Of a stretch of DNA of 64,000 nucleotides, positions 40,566 through 52,054 are shown piece after piece (the stretch's first letter is position 1; each line of letters begins with the position of its first letter). The position numbers and the translations under genes are program-made. The stretch is from Eledone cirrhosa (taxonomy: Eukaryota). The stretch is from assembly GCA_964016885.1 (NCBI GenBank), contig OZ024750.1, forward strand, positions 46,190,001-46,254,000, given 5' to 3'. The notes beneath the pieces were generated by a model. It was not told where the DNA came from and did not search any database. It saw nothing but the letters and a program-made list of their open reading frames with translations.

Positions 40566-40865
40566 ATATGTAGGCTTATTTGTGTATATGTGTTTATCTC
40601 TGTATTTATATCTATATATAACTATGTTCATGTATGTATATGTGTAAATATATATGCACGCATTTCGTACGTGCATACTTATGTATATATGAATGTATGT
40701 ATGCATATATGTATGTATATGCATATATGTATATACATAAAATGTATATATATATATATTTATGTATCTATGTGTATATGTACGTATGTATATATGTATA
40801 TATACGTATTTATGTATCCATGTGTATATGTACGTGTGTATATATGTATATATGTATATATATAT

Positions 40866-41044
40866 GAAAAATGATGACCCCGACGGCAGAGCTCAAGCCG
40901 TTTCGACGGCTATTCTGGAATCGTCGAAACGGCTTGAGCTCTGCCGTCGGGGTCATACTTTTTCCTATTACCCACTCTACTACTCTTAGTATTGAGTACT
41001 CTGGTGCGTTATGGTCCATCTGGTTCCTTACCACAATTCCTTCG

Positions 41045-41046
<2 letters not shown>
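40866..41046 (+). mobile_element. Fold-back (hairpin + tail) element, copy 2
   Basis: Near-perfect palindrome 40866-40964. Tail GAGTACTCTGGTG.GTTATGGTCCA..CTTACCACA is shared with 3488-3528. Confidence 0.85.
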
Positions 41047-41080
<34 letters not shown>

Positions 41081-41083
<3 letters not shown>

Positions 41084-41384
41084 GGAGGTGAGTTTTATTG
41101 TAGTACAATAAAGCAATGCAGATATCGGATAAGTAGCACTCTACAGTTTGTAGGACTGGAGTATAAATAATATAAGATCAAAAGATGGTTAAAAGAGTTC
41201 CATGTATTTTATTATGCGCATTTCAAAAACAAATATCATCATGAGATGACATTTGCGTTTTCGTCAGATAAAATAGGGAGACATGATATGAAGGTTAAAA
41301 AACACTTGTGAATAGTGCAGTTTGATATGTTGATTTAAAACTGTACTATTCACAAGTGTGACTCTTTTAACCATCTTTTGATCT

Positions 41385-41390
<6 letters not shown>
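41081..41390 (-). mobile_element. Fold-back element with hammerhead, in (TA)n
   Basis: AATATAAGATCAAAAGATGGTTAAAAGAGT (41169-41198) is inverted at 41361-41390. There is a second hairpin at 41293-41372 and a tail at the left. Confidence 0.78.
41205..41275 (-). ncRNA. Type I hammerhead ribozyme
   Basis: Minus strand reads TATTTTAT-CTGACGA-AAACGCAAATGTCATC-TCAT-GATGATATTTGTTTTT-GAAA-TGCGCA-TA/ATAAAATA. Stem I is a perfect 8 bp, stem II is long and stem III is palindromic. Confidence 0.88.
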
Positions 41391-41479
<89 letters not shown>

Positions 41480-41485
41480 TATATG

Positions 41486-41516
<31 letters not shown>

Positions 41517-41618
41517 ATATTTCTGATATATTTGCTATATATTTATCCTTATCGAGCCCTATTTGGATTTTAGTCTTTAAATTTGTTATTGTTACTATAT
41601 ATATATATATATATATAG

Positions 41619-41683
<65 letters not shown>

Positions 41684-41884
41684 CGTACATATACACATAG
41701 ATACATAAGTATATATGATTGTATATATGATTGTATGTATGTATACATATATGTATATATTTATGTATGTATTCATGTATGTATATATATATGTGTGTGT
41801 GTGTATGTGTGTGTATGTATGTGCAAGCATGCATATCAATGAATCTGAATCTCTATGTATTTATTTATACACACACACACACCT

Positions 41885-41993
<109 letters not shown>

Positions 41994-42305
41994 CGCACTC
42001 ATATATTCGTCTTTTTCAAATGTCGACAGCTTCATTAATGGTTCCTAACTGTAATTTCCTAATTAGAGTTGTCTCTACTTGTTACATCAAATCTAGCCCA
42101 GCGTCTGAAAAATAATTCTGAGAGAAGTATTTTGAAAATATAAATCTCCAAACATCACAGATATAAATATAAAGTTATAGATTTGCAACTACAATGTTCT
42201 GTTGTGTGTACAATTGTAGATTTGTAAATATACACAAACACACAAACACACACACGAACACAGACACAGACACACACACGCACACAGACACAGACACACA
42301 CACAA

Positions 42306-42357
<52 letters not shown>

Positions 42358-42363
<6 letters not shown>

Positions 42364-42558
42364 AAGAGGGTGTGGTAAGATACCAGGTGATCAATAAAGC
42401 ACCATAGTACTCCATAATTAGTGTAGTAAAGTGAGTAATATGAAAAGAGCCAAGACACCGACGGCTGAGCTCCAGCAGCTTCGGCAGCTAAATCCGTACA
42501 GTTCGGACCTAGCTCTCGAAACGATCGAATATCAGCCGTCGGAGTTCGGACTCTTTTC
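42358..42558 (-). mobile_element. Fold-back (hairpin + tail) element, copy 3
   Basis: Imperfect palindrome 42442-42558; tail homologous to copies 1 and 2 in reverse. Confidence 0.8.
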
Positions 42559-42561
42559 ATA

Positions 42562-42635
<74 letters not shown>

Positions 42636-42672
42636 ATTAAATAAATGGAAACTATATTTATAAAACCATATT

Positions 42673-42738
42673 TATTTCATTATATATATTTCGGGGATAT
42701 CATATTAACAATATGCTATGCCTTCCTCAGACAAAATA
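42673..42738 (-). ncRNA. Type I hammerhead ribozyme (inverted-arm copy)
   Basis: Reverse complement of 47191-47256. Confidence 0.78.
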
Positions 42739-43559
42739 CAATATAAACAGTTTTATAGATAAATAGATTCGACATACCGTTATAACACCGACTTGCATTT
42801 GAAGAGGTTAAGCTGGCAGTGAAAAAATTTTATACAGAGAGAAAGAAAGAGAGAAAAGAAAGAAAGACAGAAAACGAAGAAAAGGAAGAAAAAGAAGAAA
42901 TGCATGGAACAAAATATAGAGATGGAAAGATAGATAAAGAGAAGAACTTCATGTAAAGAAACAGAAAGAGATATATATATATATAGAGAGAGAGGAAATA
43001 GAGATAGATACATATATATATAGAAAATTAGGTAGTGGGAGGTCATTTTGAGTAAATGTATCAATGATACATTTATTTATTTATTTATTTAGCTCTAGTA
43101 TTAATGTAAGGGAGATATATAGAGAGAGAAAAAATATAGAGAGAGAAAAAATAGCGAGAGAGAAAATTTAAAAATAGCCAGATATATTCGAGGCGTAAAA
43201 ACCCTATGTCTTAATGTATTAGAATTCATAAAACTTCCACTATATTGTAAATATCAGTATTCCTGAATGAGACAAGTATCCATAGTGTGTGAAAATTAAT
43301 TATCTTATGTTTAGTTTTTAAAAAAAATTCATATGTTTATGTTATAGCTACAAACATCCATGCGAATCCACATTATCAACTCTGCAAATTCTAAGTTCAC
43401 GGAAAACATTCTCAATGTGGTATAAAAATTTGAGTATACATATATGTGTATTATTATTCCTGTCTTTACTCTACAAGATTATCTATCAAGCAGAAATAGA
43501 GAGCAGATTTCAATATACTAATAAAAATATATATCAGAAACAAAACTAAAAATAAAAAG

Positions 43560-43590
<31 letters not shown>

Positions 43591-43815
43591 GTAATAATAA
43601 AATAGAAAACTAAAAAAATATTACGAAAGAATATTACATATTAAAAATATTACATACTAAAAAATATTACGTATTAAAAAATATTACGTATTAAAAAATT
43701 TACATATTAAAGATATTAAAAATAAAAATAAAAAATATTATAAAATACTACAATAATAAAATCTAAAAGAAATCCACCCCCTAACAAACTTTTATCTGAC
43801 TTTGAAAACGATATA

Positions 43816-45795
43816 ATGTCTATCATACAAGGGGTCAAATTCAAGAGAAACTTCAAAGGCCAGGAATATCTGAAAGGCATTAAGGATAACATTGAGACCT
43901 TAGAGAAAACTGAGAAGATCTTGGTGAAATCTGACAAGACCAACAACCTCTATGGAGTGCAGAAAGACATGTATAATGGCCTCATACTGAAAGAGCTGAG
44001 GAAAAAGTACAAGGTAGCAGATAAGGCCGAACTTGAGAAAATGAATGTCGAAGCATCTTGTATAATGCACGAGTTGGAAATTGAGAACAGAACACAACCT
44101 TTCGTGCCCAGGAAACCGAAGATCAATATGAAGGATCACAAGAGGAATTTTGAAAATGACCTGCCAGTTAGATTGATCGCACCATCAAAATCGGACCTGG
44201 GCAAATTAAGCAAAAACATTCTTGACAGGGTGATACAGCAAATTAAGAACTTGGATTGTGTATCTAACCTGAGCTTGTGGAAGGGAACTGGAGAGGTTGT
44301 TGAGTGGTTTAGGCAAATTAAATATAACAATAATAATAGGTTTATTCAACTTGATATAGCTAACTATTATTCTTCTATTACCCATAGTCTACTAAATAAG
44401 GCACTAAATTACGCATTCAAACATACTGACCTAACTAGCAAAGAAATGCATATTATATTATCGGCTAGGAAAACTTTGATAGAATTTAATGACAAATTAT
44501 GGACCAGAGCAGATAGAGATAGCAATTTTGACATAACTATGGGATCTTCCGACTCAGCTCAGGTAACTGACCTTGTGGGCTTATTTTTAATCAATTCGCT
44601 AAATAGGAAAATACCTGGTACTACCGGAGGTTTATATAGGGATGACATGCTTTTACTTATTAATAATAATAACCCTGAACTAAATAGAAAATGTAAACAA
44701 ATTACAAATTTTTTTAATTACTTTAACCTTAAAATAGAAATTGAGAACAACCATAGAATAGTCAATTTCCTAGATATAACATTAAATCTCAACACATGTC
44801 TCCACTATCCTTTTCACAAGTTGAATGAAAACTTAAACTATGTCAACTTTAACTCTAACCACCCCAGATCTGTCAAAAACACTATAGTAAACTCTATTCA
44901 AAAACGTATCTCTAGGATCTCGTCGAATAGAAAGATTTTCGACGAAAAGGCCCAATACTATAATGAAGCATTAGCTAGGGCAGGATATGCTGATAAGATT
45001 GTGTACATAGATAATGATAGACAAACTAAACAAAGTAACAACTTTTTTAATTACGGCAACAACATTAACAACTATAATAGAAAGCATTACAATAATTCCA
45101 AAGGCCAAAAAAGAAATAGAACTAGGAACATAATTTGGTTCGCCCCCCCTTTCTCACTAAACATTAAAACCCACATCGCTAAATTATTTTTCAAAGCTCT
45201 TGATAATCACTTCCCTAGAACACATAGGTATCATTCAATTTTCAATAGGCATACAATTAAATTAACCTACTCATCCACCAAAAATTTAGCACAAAATATT
45301 AATAGAATAAATAATAGGAACTTAAAACCTAGTGATAATAGCATAAATAATATACAAGTTAACAAATGTAACTGTAGAGATAGATCTAAATGTCCGTTAA
45401 ATAACAACTGCTTAGTTAAAAATATAGTATACAATTGTAATGGTAATACTGACTCTAATTCTTTTAACTACGTCGGTTCCACATCGACGGAATTTAAACT
45501 TCGCTATAATAACCACAAGAATTCTTTCACAGATCCAAGTAAAAAATCTTCAACGGCACTATCAGGCGTACTCTGGCAACTTAAGCTAGATAACGTTAGA
45601 TATTCGACGGCTTGGAATATAGTCTCAAGGGGGATTCCTTTTAATTCATCCTCTGAGACATGTGACCTCTGCGCAGAGGAGATATTCTTTATACTAAAAT
45701 CTAAAAATTCCCTTAATCTACGGACAAATTTATTCAGTTGTTGCAAACATAGATTAAACTCAACGTTTAAATATAAATTTAAATTTAAAATGTAG
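43816..45795 (+). CDS. Penelope-like reverse transcriptase + GIY-YIG endonuclease (probably Naiad-type), N-terminus likely truncated
   Basis: Motifs in order: KSDKT, KDHK..RLI, DIANYYSSI, GSSDS, LYRDD, NFLDITL, SNHP, WFAPPF, CxCx5Cx5C zinc finger, IVY..YVGST..FKLRYNNH, CDLC. The frame stays open upstream (KSKRNPPP..FENDI) to the inversion junction at ~43761. The clade assignment is from recalled motif layout. Confidence 0.95.
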   Translation: MSIIQGVKFKRNFKGQEYLKGIKDNIETLEKTEKILVKSDKTNNLYGVQKDMYNGLILKELRKKYKVADKAELEKMNVEASCIMHELEIENRTQPFVPRKPKINMKDHKRNFENDLPVRLIAPSKSDLGKLSKNILDRVIQQIKNLDCVSNLSLWKGTGEVVEWFRQIKYNNNNRFIQLDIANYYSSITHSLLNKALNYAFKHTDLTSKEMHIILSARKTLIEFNDKLWTRADRDSNFDITMGSSDSAQVTDLVGLFLINSLNRKIPGTTGGLYRDDMLLLINNNNPELNRKCKQITNFFNYFNLKIEIENNHRIVNFLDITLNLNTCLHYPFHKLNENLNYVNFNSNHPRSVKNTIVNSIQKRISRISSNRKIFDEKAQYYNEALARAGYADKIVYIDNDRQTKQSNNFFNYGNNINNYNRKHYNNSKGQKRNRTRNIIWFAPPFSLNIKTHIAKLFFKALDNHFPRTHRYHSIFNRHTIKLTYSSTKNLAQNINRINNRNLKPSDNSINNIQVNKCNCRDRSKCPLNNNCLVKNIVYNCNGNTDSNSFNYVGSTSTEFKLRYNNHKNSFTDPSKKSSTALSGVLWQLKLDNVRYSTAWNIVSRGIPFNSSSETCDLCAEEIFFILKSKNSLNLRTNLFSCCKHRLNSTFKYKFKFKM

Positions 45796-47190
45796 TATAT
45801 TTAGTTTGATTTATATTTATATGGGAAACTAGCCGATAAATTTTTGATTCCTAAATTTTTGATTCCTTCTTTTTATTCTTTTTTTATTGTTTATTTTTAT
45901 TTTATTTTTATTTAAACATTCCTCATGAAAAATTAAGCTACCCTAAAAGCTGATGCTCCAAATATTTTGAATAAACCTTACACTAGATAAACTTCTATAT
46001 TAAATATAAGAACACATGTAGACCTAATTGGACATCATAAACTTTTTGAAATGATCTTTGCTAGATGTGATTTGATAGATAATTTTTGGCCTTGTCTTAT
46101 AATGAACTTGGCAATATATTGTCAATTAATTTTGAAGGGTTGATCTTTGTGGTTTATTTTTATTTTTTATTATTGTAGTATTTTATAATATTTTTTATTT
46201 TTATTTTTAATATCTTTAATTATGTAAATTTTTTAATACGTAATATTTTTTAATACGTAATATTTTTTAGTATGTAATATTTTTAATATGTAATATTCTT
46301 TCGTAATATTTTTTTAGTTTTCTATTTTATTATTACTTATTATTATTATTATTATTATTGTTATCTTTTTATTTTTAGTTTTGTTTCTGATATATATTTT
46401 TATTAGTATATTGAAATCTGCTCTCTATTTCTGCTTGATAGATAATCTTGTAGAGTAAAGACAGGAATAATAATACACATATATGTATACTCAAATTTTT
46501 ATACCACATTGAGAATGTTTTCCGTGAACTTAGAATTTGCAGAGTTGATAATGTGGATTCGCATGGATGTTTGTAGCTATAACATAAACATATGAATTTT
46601 TTAAAAAACTAAACATAAGATAATTAATTTTCACACACTATGGATACTTGTCTCATTCAGGAATACTGATATTTACAATATAGTGGAAGTTTTATGAATT
46701 CTAATACGTTAAGACATAGGGTTTTTACGCCTCGAATATATCTGGCTATTTTTAAATTTTCTCTCTCGCTATTTTTTCTCTCTCTATATTTTTTTTCTCT
46801 CTATATATATCTCCCTTACATTAATACTAGAGCTAAATAAATAAATAAATAAATAAATGTATCATTGATACATTTACTCAAAATGACCTCCCACTACCTA
46901 ATTTTCTATATATATATGTATCTATCTCTATTTCCTCTCTCTCTCTCTATATATATATCTCTTTCTGTTTCTTTACATGAAGTTCTTCTCTTTATCTATC
47001 TTTCCATTTCTATATTTTGTTCCATGCATTTCTTCTTTTTCTTCCTTTTCTTCGTTTTCTGTCTTTCTTTCTTTTCTCTCTTTCTTTCTCTCTGTATAAA
47101 ATTTTTTCACTGCCAGCTTAACCTCTTCAAATGCAAGTCGGTGTTATAACGGTATGTCGAATCTATTTATCTATAAAACTGTTTATATTG

Positions 47191-47256
47191 TATTTTGTCT
47201 GAGGAAGGCATAGCATATTGTTAATATGATATCCCCGAAATATATATAATGAAATA
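47191..47256 (+). ncRNA. Type I hammerhead ribozyme in the Penelope 3' terminal repeat
   Basis: TATTTTGT-CTGAGGA-AGG..CATATT-GTT-AATATG..CCC-GAAA-TATATA-TA/ATGAAATA. Sense to the ORF, as is known for PLE pLTRs. Confidence 0.8.
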
Positions 47257-47386
47257 AATATGGTTTTATAAATATAGTTTCCATTTATTTAATATTGTAA
47301 ATATACTCCAAATATTTGTCGAGTGCTTTTATATCAGTTATAAATATTTACTAGTTGTAACCCAACAATTTTAAATATAACTTTCC

Positions 47387-47413
<27 letters not shown>

Positions 47414-47417
<4 letters not shown>

Positions 47418-47572
47418 GTTCCTGTGTCAGTGTTGAACAAAAAGGTGACGTGGTTGCCTGAACACTGTACGGCGTAATTCAGGCTGTTCGTTTGTTTTCA
47501 AGCGAACAAACCGAGCATTATAATAAATGTTCGGTAAACTGATACGTGCATATATATATGTGTGCCTGTATG

Positions 47573-47653
<81 letters not shown>

Positions 47654-47741
47654 GCTACTGTACGTATGTATACATACATACTTACATTTAAGTAAGTGCC
47701 GTACTAAGAGTGATAAATGAAATTTCGTTTCATTCTATTCC

Positions 47742-47745
<4 letters not shown>
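47414..47745 (+). mobile_element. Solo diverged copy of the array unit, starting at the HHR cleavage site
   Basis: Begins CATCGTTCCTGTGTCAGTGTTGAACAAAAAGGTGACGTGGTTGCCT, identical to 15877 onward. Ends at the same region as the array's right end; (TA)n on both sides. Confidence 0.9.
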
Positions 47746-47791
<46 letters not shown>

Positions 47792-48096
47792 CACAAATAT
47801 CAAAGTTATGTTCAAATCATTTAATCGCTGACAATTGTTTCTTCCAAACTTTAGTTTGGAGTCATCGCAGCATTATCAATGTTTGTACCTGTAATTACCT
47901 CCTATTCAACTGAAGAATTATATAGAAACATATATATTGATGTTGTGAACAACAGTTTAGTATTTACAGTGTGTAATGGATGCGACATATATTATACGAG
48001 AATTGTACAATAATTCAAATTAAAATTAAAAGCACAGAGTGGAATACATTCGACAGATAATACAAGATAAGGGTGTATATATTTTAGAGTCTAGGT

Positions 48097-49298
48097 AACA
48101 CCCTTTCATAAACCTAACGAAAAACTAATTTTTGTGGATACCAAGTCTAACTACCCTAAATCCATATTAAACTCAATCACTAAAGGAATATCTAATAGAA
48201 TCTCTTGTCTATCATATAACGAAACCATATTTAACAATAATTCCCAATACTATAATTAGGCATTAGCTAAATCAGGCCATACAAATGGGGTTGAATTCCT
48301 ACCTTTAAAATCACCTAGTTACAGCATCATTTCTCACAATATGCCCATGAGGAAAAATAATAAGAGTACTAGCCACTCTTACTCTAATACGAAGGGTAAT
48401 ATCAAACTTAACTCGCACCAAAGTAAACACCACGATAATATTATAAACAGAAATACAAAAAACAAAAATAGAGGAACTAATACATTCTTCAATCCCCCTT
48501 TCAATCTAAATGTCTCTACCAACTTGCCTAGGGCTTTCTTCTCAATCCTAGAAAAAAACTTCCCATCTGGCCACAAATACCATAATCTTATAAATAAAAA
48601 TACCATTAAAATCTCTTACTCTACCACACCTAACATCGCATACCATATATCTAGTAGTAATAAAAGGAAGATTAATAATTATTTCCAACTAATTAAAACA
48701 CAGCAGGAGGTAAACTTACAGAACAACATAGTACCTATAAACCCTAGTAGCAATAGTAATAATGGTAATAGCGCTAATGAAATCAATAACAATAGGAACG
48801 ACAACCATCATTACCCTAATGCTATCCATAGGCAACCAGACTTCTACACAACATAGTAACTGGCAAGCTAACATCCAAAATAAATGTAACTGTAGATCAA
48901 ATAGAACTTGCGCATTAGGTAATAATTGCTCAATCAAATACATCATTTACTCCTGCACGGTCAATACAAACAACTCTTCTAAAACATATATTGGCTCTAC
49001 TTCGAACTGCTTCAATACGAGATACAACTCGCACCTCCACTCTTTCAAAAAACACAATCTAGCCAACTCCACCTCACTATCTAGTTACATACACTCTCTG
49101 AAAACTAGGAATAGACCATATACACTTTAATGGGAAGTAGTAGGTATGGCTACATCGTATAAACCACCGAATACATTATGTAACCTCTATCTTCTAGAGG
49201 TTTCGAAACTAAACCTCCTAAATAAAAAGTCAGAGGTGTTTTCCTCATGCCAGCACCACTACCGACACTCATTCCATAACTTTAAACCTAGCCGCTAG
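48097..49298 (+). pseudogene. Disrupted Penelope thumb/linker/GIY-YIG coding region
   Basis: PFHKPN..SNYPKSI, FFNPPFN, CNCRSNRTCALGNNC, IIYSC..YIGST..FNTRYNSH, with stops and a frameshift. Confidence 0.88.
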
Positions 49299-50470
49299 TA
49301 TATAACAATGTCAAATTTGAAATCCTCACCACCATTAACACTTCACCTCTAAAACTTTTCTTCCCCCCCTGCATCACACTCTTTGATCTGTTCTTTCCTC
49401 TACACAACTCCTATTTATCTCAAACATTATACTCTACAATAACTATTAGAAACAAACATATAGTCACCACATTTTAATATAACTACTTTAGATTACTTAT
49501 AATATATACAGTAATGGATATATAATATGTAGAGACATTAAATGTAATGTGTGACAATGAATTATATATACATTTATAATTAAATGTATAAATTAATAAC
49601 ATTGTATATAAAGGATTAAATTATTAAAATAAGGGATTTATCTGATTGGACATGTAAACAACTATACATTATTCCATATCTTGCCTAGTATTGGGTAGAT
49701 AACAATCTAATGAAACCGTTAATATATTATGAGAGAGTAGACTGTATTTAAAATTAAATATAAATATATAACATTATGTAAAAAGGATTCAATTGTGACA
49801 CTATATATTGTCTATTAGAGCAAATAATTTAATTAGTTTAATGAGCTAGTTACCTCCCCTTACGCATTAGCTCCCCTTAATTTTGGATCTCATATCCACT
49901 TCCGGATATTAAACCGTTGGAAAATCTTGCTGTAGAACAACTCTAATCCATGAATATGAATACAATATGACCAATTTACAATCCATTACTATAACTAACT
50001 AAAAACATTCAATACAAACATTAACTAAAATATAATTTAACATATGTAATGGATAGGAAATCATTAACTTTCATATTCTCCACACATACAAATTTGAACT
50101 CTACTGAAACTATCGTCGCATTACATCCTCCATAATACACTAACATATTCGCTTAAAGTGCTTGTATTTTATGTAATATCTTGCCATACAGTATTCATAT
50201 GTGCCTAATACCTTTGCTTGTTTCCTTCTCGTGTATATGACTAATGTATATGCAATCTCTACACGCTTGAATATGGACTTCTTTCTTGTATTATCTGTCG
50301 CATGTATTCCACTCTGTGCTTTTAATTTGAATTTAAATTATTGTACAATTCTCGTATAATATATGTCGCATCCATTACACCCTGTAAATACTGTTGTTCA
50401 GAACATCAATATATATGTATATATATGATTGTTCAGTTGAATAGAAGGTTAATTAGATGTACAAACATTG

Positions 50471-50526
50471 TTAATGCTCCGATGACTCCAAACTAAAGTT
50501 TGGAAGAAACAATTGTCAGCGATTAA
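50471..50526 (+). ncRNA. Hammerhead ribozyme, core variant CCGAUGA
   Basis: TTAATGCT-CCGATGA-C-TCCAAACT-AA-AGTTTGGA-A-GAAA-CAATTG-TC/AGCGATTAA. Inverted copy at 47821-47876 has core GCGATGA. Confidence 0.7.
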
Positions 50527-50690
50527 ATGATTTGAACATAACTTTGATATTTGTGTAATTTATATTCCTGCTCTGTAAAACACCTGATGTTCTTACATTG
50601 AGCTGTTTCTCTTACTGGTAATAAGGTAGTAATAAATTACTGACCTTTCCTGTTTATAGTTGTTTATAGTATAGTATATATATAACAATA

Positions 50691-50870
50691 ATTGGCAGTA
50701 TCGGTAGAGAGTCGGACGCCATGCTTTCCAGCATAGTTACGTCCCTTTACGATCTGAGTTCAAATCCCGATGAGGTTGACTTTGCCTTTCATCCTTACGG
50801 GGTCGATAAAGTAAAGTACCAGTAATGCACTGGGTAATTGCTGGCCTTGTGCCTAAAGTAGAAACAATTA
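50691..50870 (+). mobile_element. tRNA-derived SINE
   Basis: Full family sequence. Confidence 0.92.
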
Positions 50871-51096
50871 TTATTATATATATATATATATTCAAAATTT
50901 TAACAAATGAAGATATTCACATAATCAAAATATATGCTTTATTATATATATTTCGAAGGTACTGTGTTGTTTTTTTAGTACGTCCTCGTCAGATAAAATA
51001 TATATATAATAAAGCATCAATTTTTTCTATTGAGTGCTTTTAATCTATTGTAAAACTGTATTCATTGAGTAATCAATGAACCATATTAATCTTTGG

Positions 51097-51150
<54 letters not shown>

Positions 51151-51326
51151 GCGAGAATTTGGACAGTGAATTTGTTTGTAGGTCTATAGTTATATCTGTA
51201 AAAATGAACGGCTTTATCTACTTCATCAACGTATTTAGACTGTGCAATTAATTTAAGACATTCATACAAGCTTGTATCGATTTCGTATTGATCTTATATT
51301 TAGATATACGAAATATGAGTTTAGAA

Positions 51327-51647
51327 CAGTGGTCCCCAACCTTTTACGCACCATACTTCACCTCAACGCCAAAATAATTGTTATCCCCCCAACCTCTTTG
51401 ATATAAAAGCAGCGATGATGATCAACTGTAAAGAGTAAACAAATTGGTATGTAGGTGGTGCCATAACAATAATGACATGTAAAGTTGAAGCAGGAGGTTC
51501 TGACTATAATGTTTACCCAAATTGCCTTGATGTAAAAGTAATGTAGTAAAACTGGAGTTTGTTCTTATTAACATCATTTTCAAATGGTCACCTTAAATAT
51601 TTAAATTGCCCCCTTGTGGGGTGTACGATCCATGGCGGGAATCACTG
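51327..51647. mobile_element. hAT-type MITE
   Basis: TIRs CAGTGGTCCCCAACC / GGCGGGAATCACTG, with an exact 8-bp TSD GTTTAGAA at 51319-51326 and 51648-51655. Confidence 0.88.
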
Positions 51648-51987
51648 GTTTAGAAGAATTTGTGATAATGCTCCTACTTTAAATACTCCTACCCCTCTTC
51701 TAAATATTTGTTTAAAACTTCAGTAATCAATTCTTTCTTTTAGTTTTTTGTCACTAATATCCATTTTTGTCAGAGTTTACGTTAGGTTACTTTGCAAATC
51801 TGTTTCCGAATATCCCTCTCGGTTACATTTCATTTACTTGTTCCGTTGGGAGCAACACCCCTTTTTTTAATAAAACAATTTCATGCGTAAGATAAAACCA
51901 AATCAAAACGAGTATTAAATAAGAATCTATCCGTTAATTGTGGTCTTTTTTGCTTGGAACTTATTTCATAAAAAATAACGTACATGT

Positions 51988-52054
<67 letters not shown>

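Larger units (their letters stand above)
42630..47387 (+). mobile_element. Young Penelope-like retroelement with ~1.13-kb inverted terminal arms, inserted in (TA)n
   Basis: 42630-43761 is the near-perfect reverse complement of 46165-47299. The ORF lies between them, and a unique ~88-bp tail follows at 47300-47387. Confidence 0.93.
47788..50680 (+). mobile_element. Older 5'-truncated Penelope-like element with ~285-bp inverted arms and 3' tail
   Basis: 47788-48070 is inverted at 50284-50559. Tail runs 50560-50680, with ORF remnants between the arms. Confidence 0.88.

Noticed and set aside
43816-45795. Selenocysteine recoding, reported for some Naiad-type PLEs
   Set aside because: The ORF has no in-frame TGA and ends in TAG.
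42780-47149. Identical 94-aa ORFs at 42780-43064 (-) and 46865-47149 (+)
   Set aside because: A by-product of the Penelope inverted arms over CT-rich sequence.
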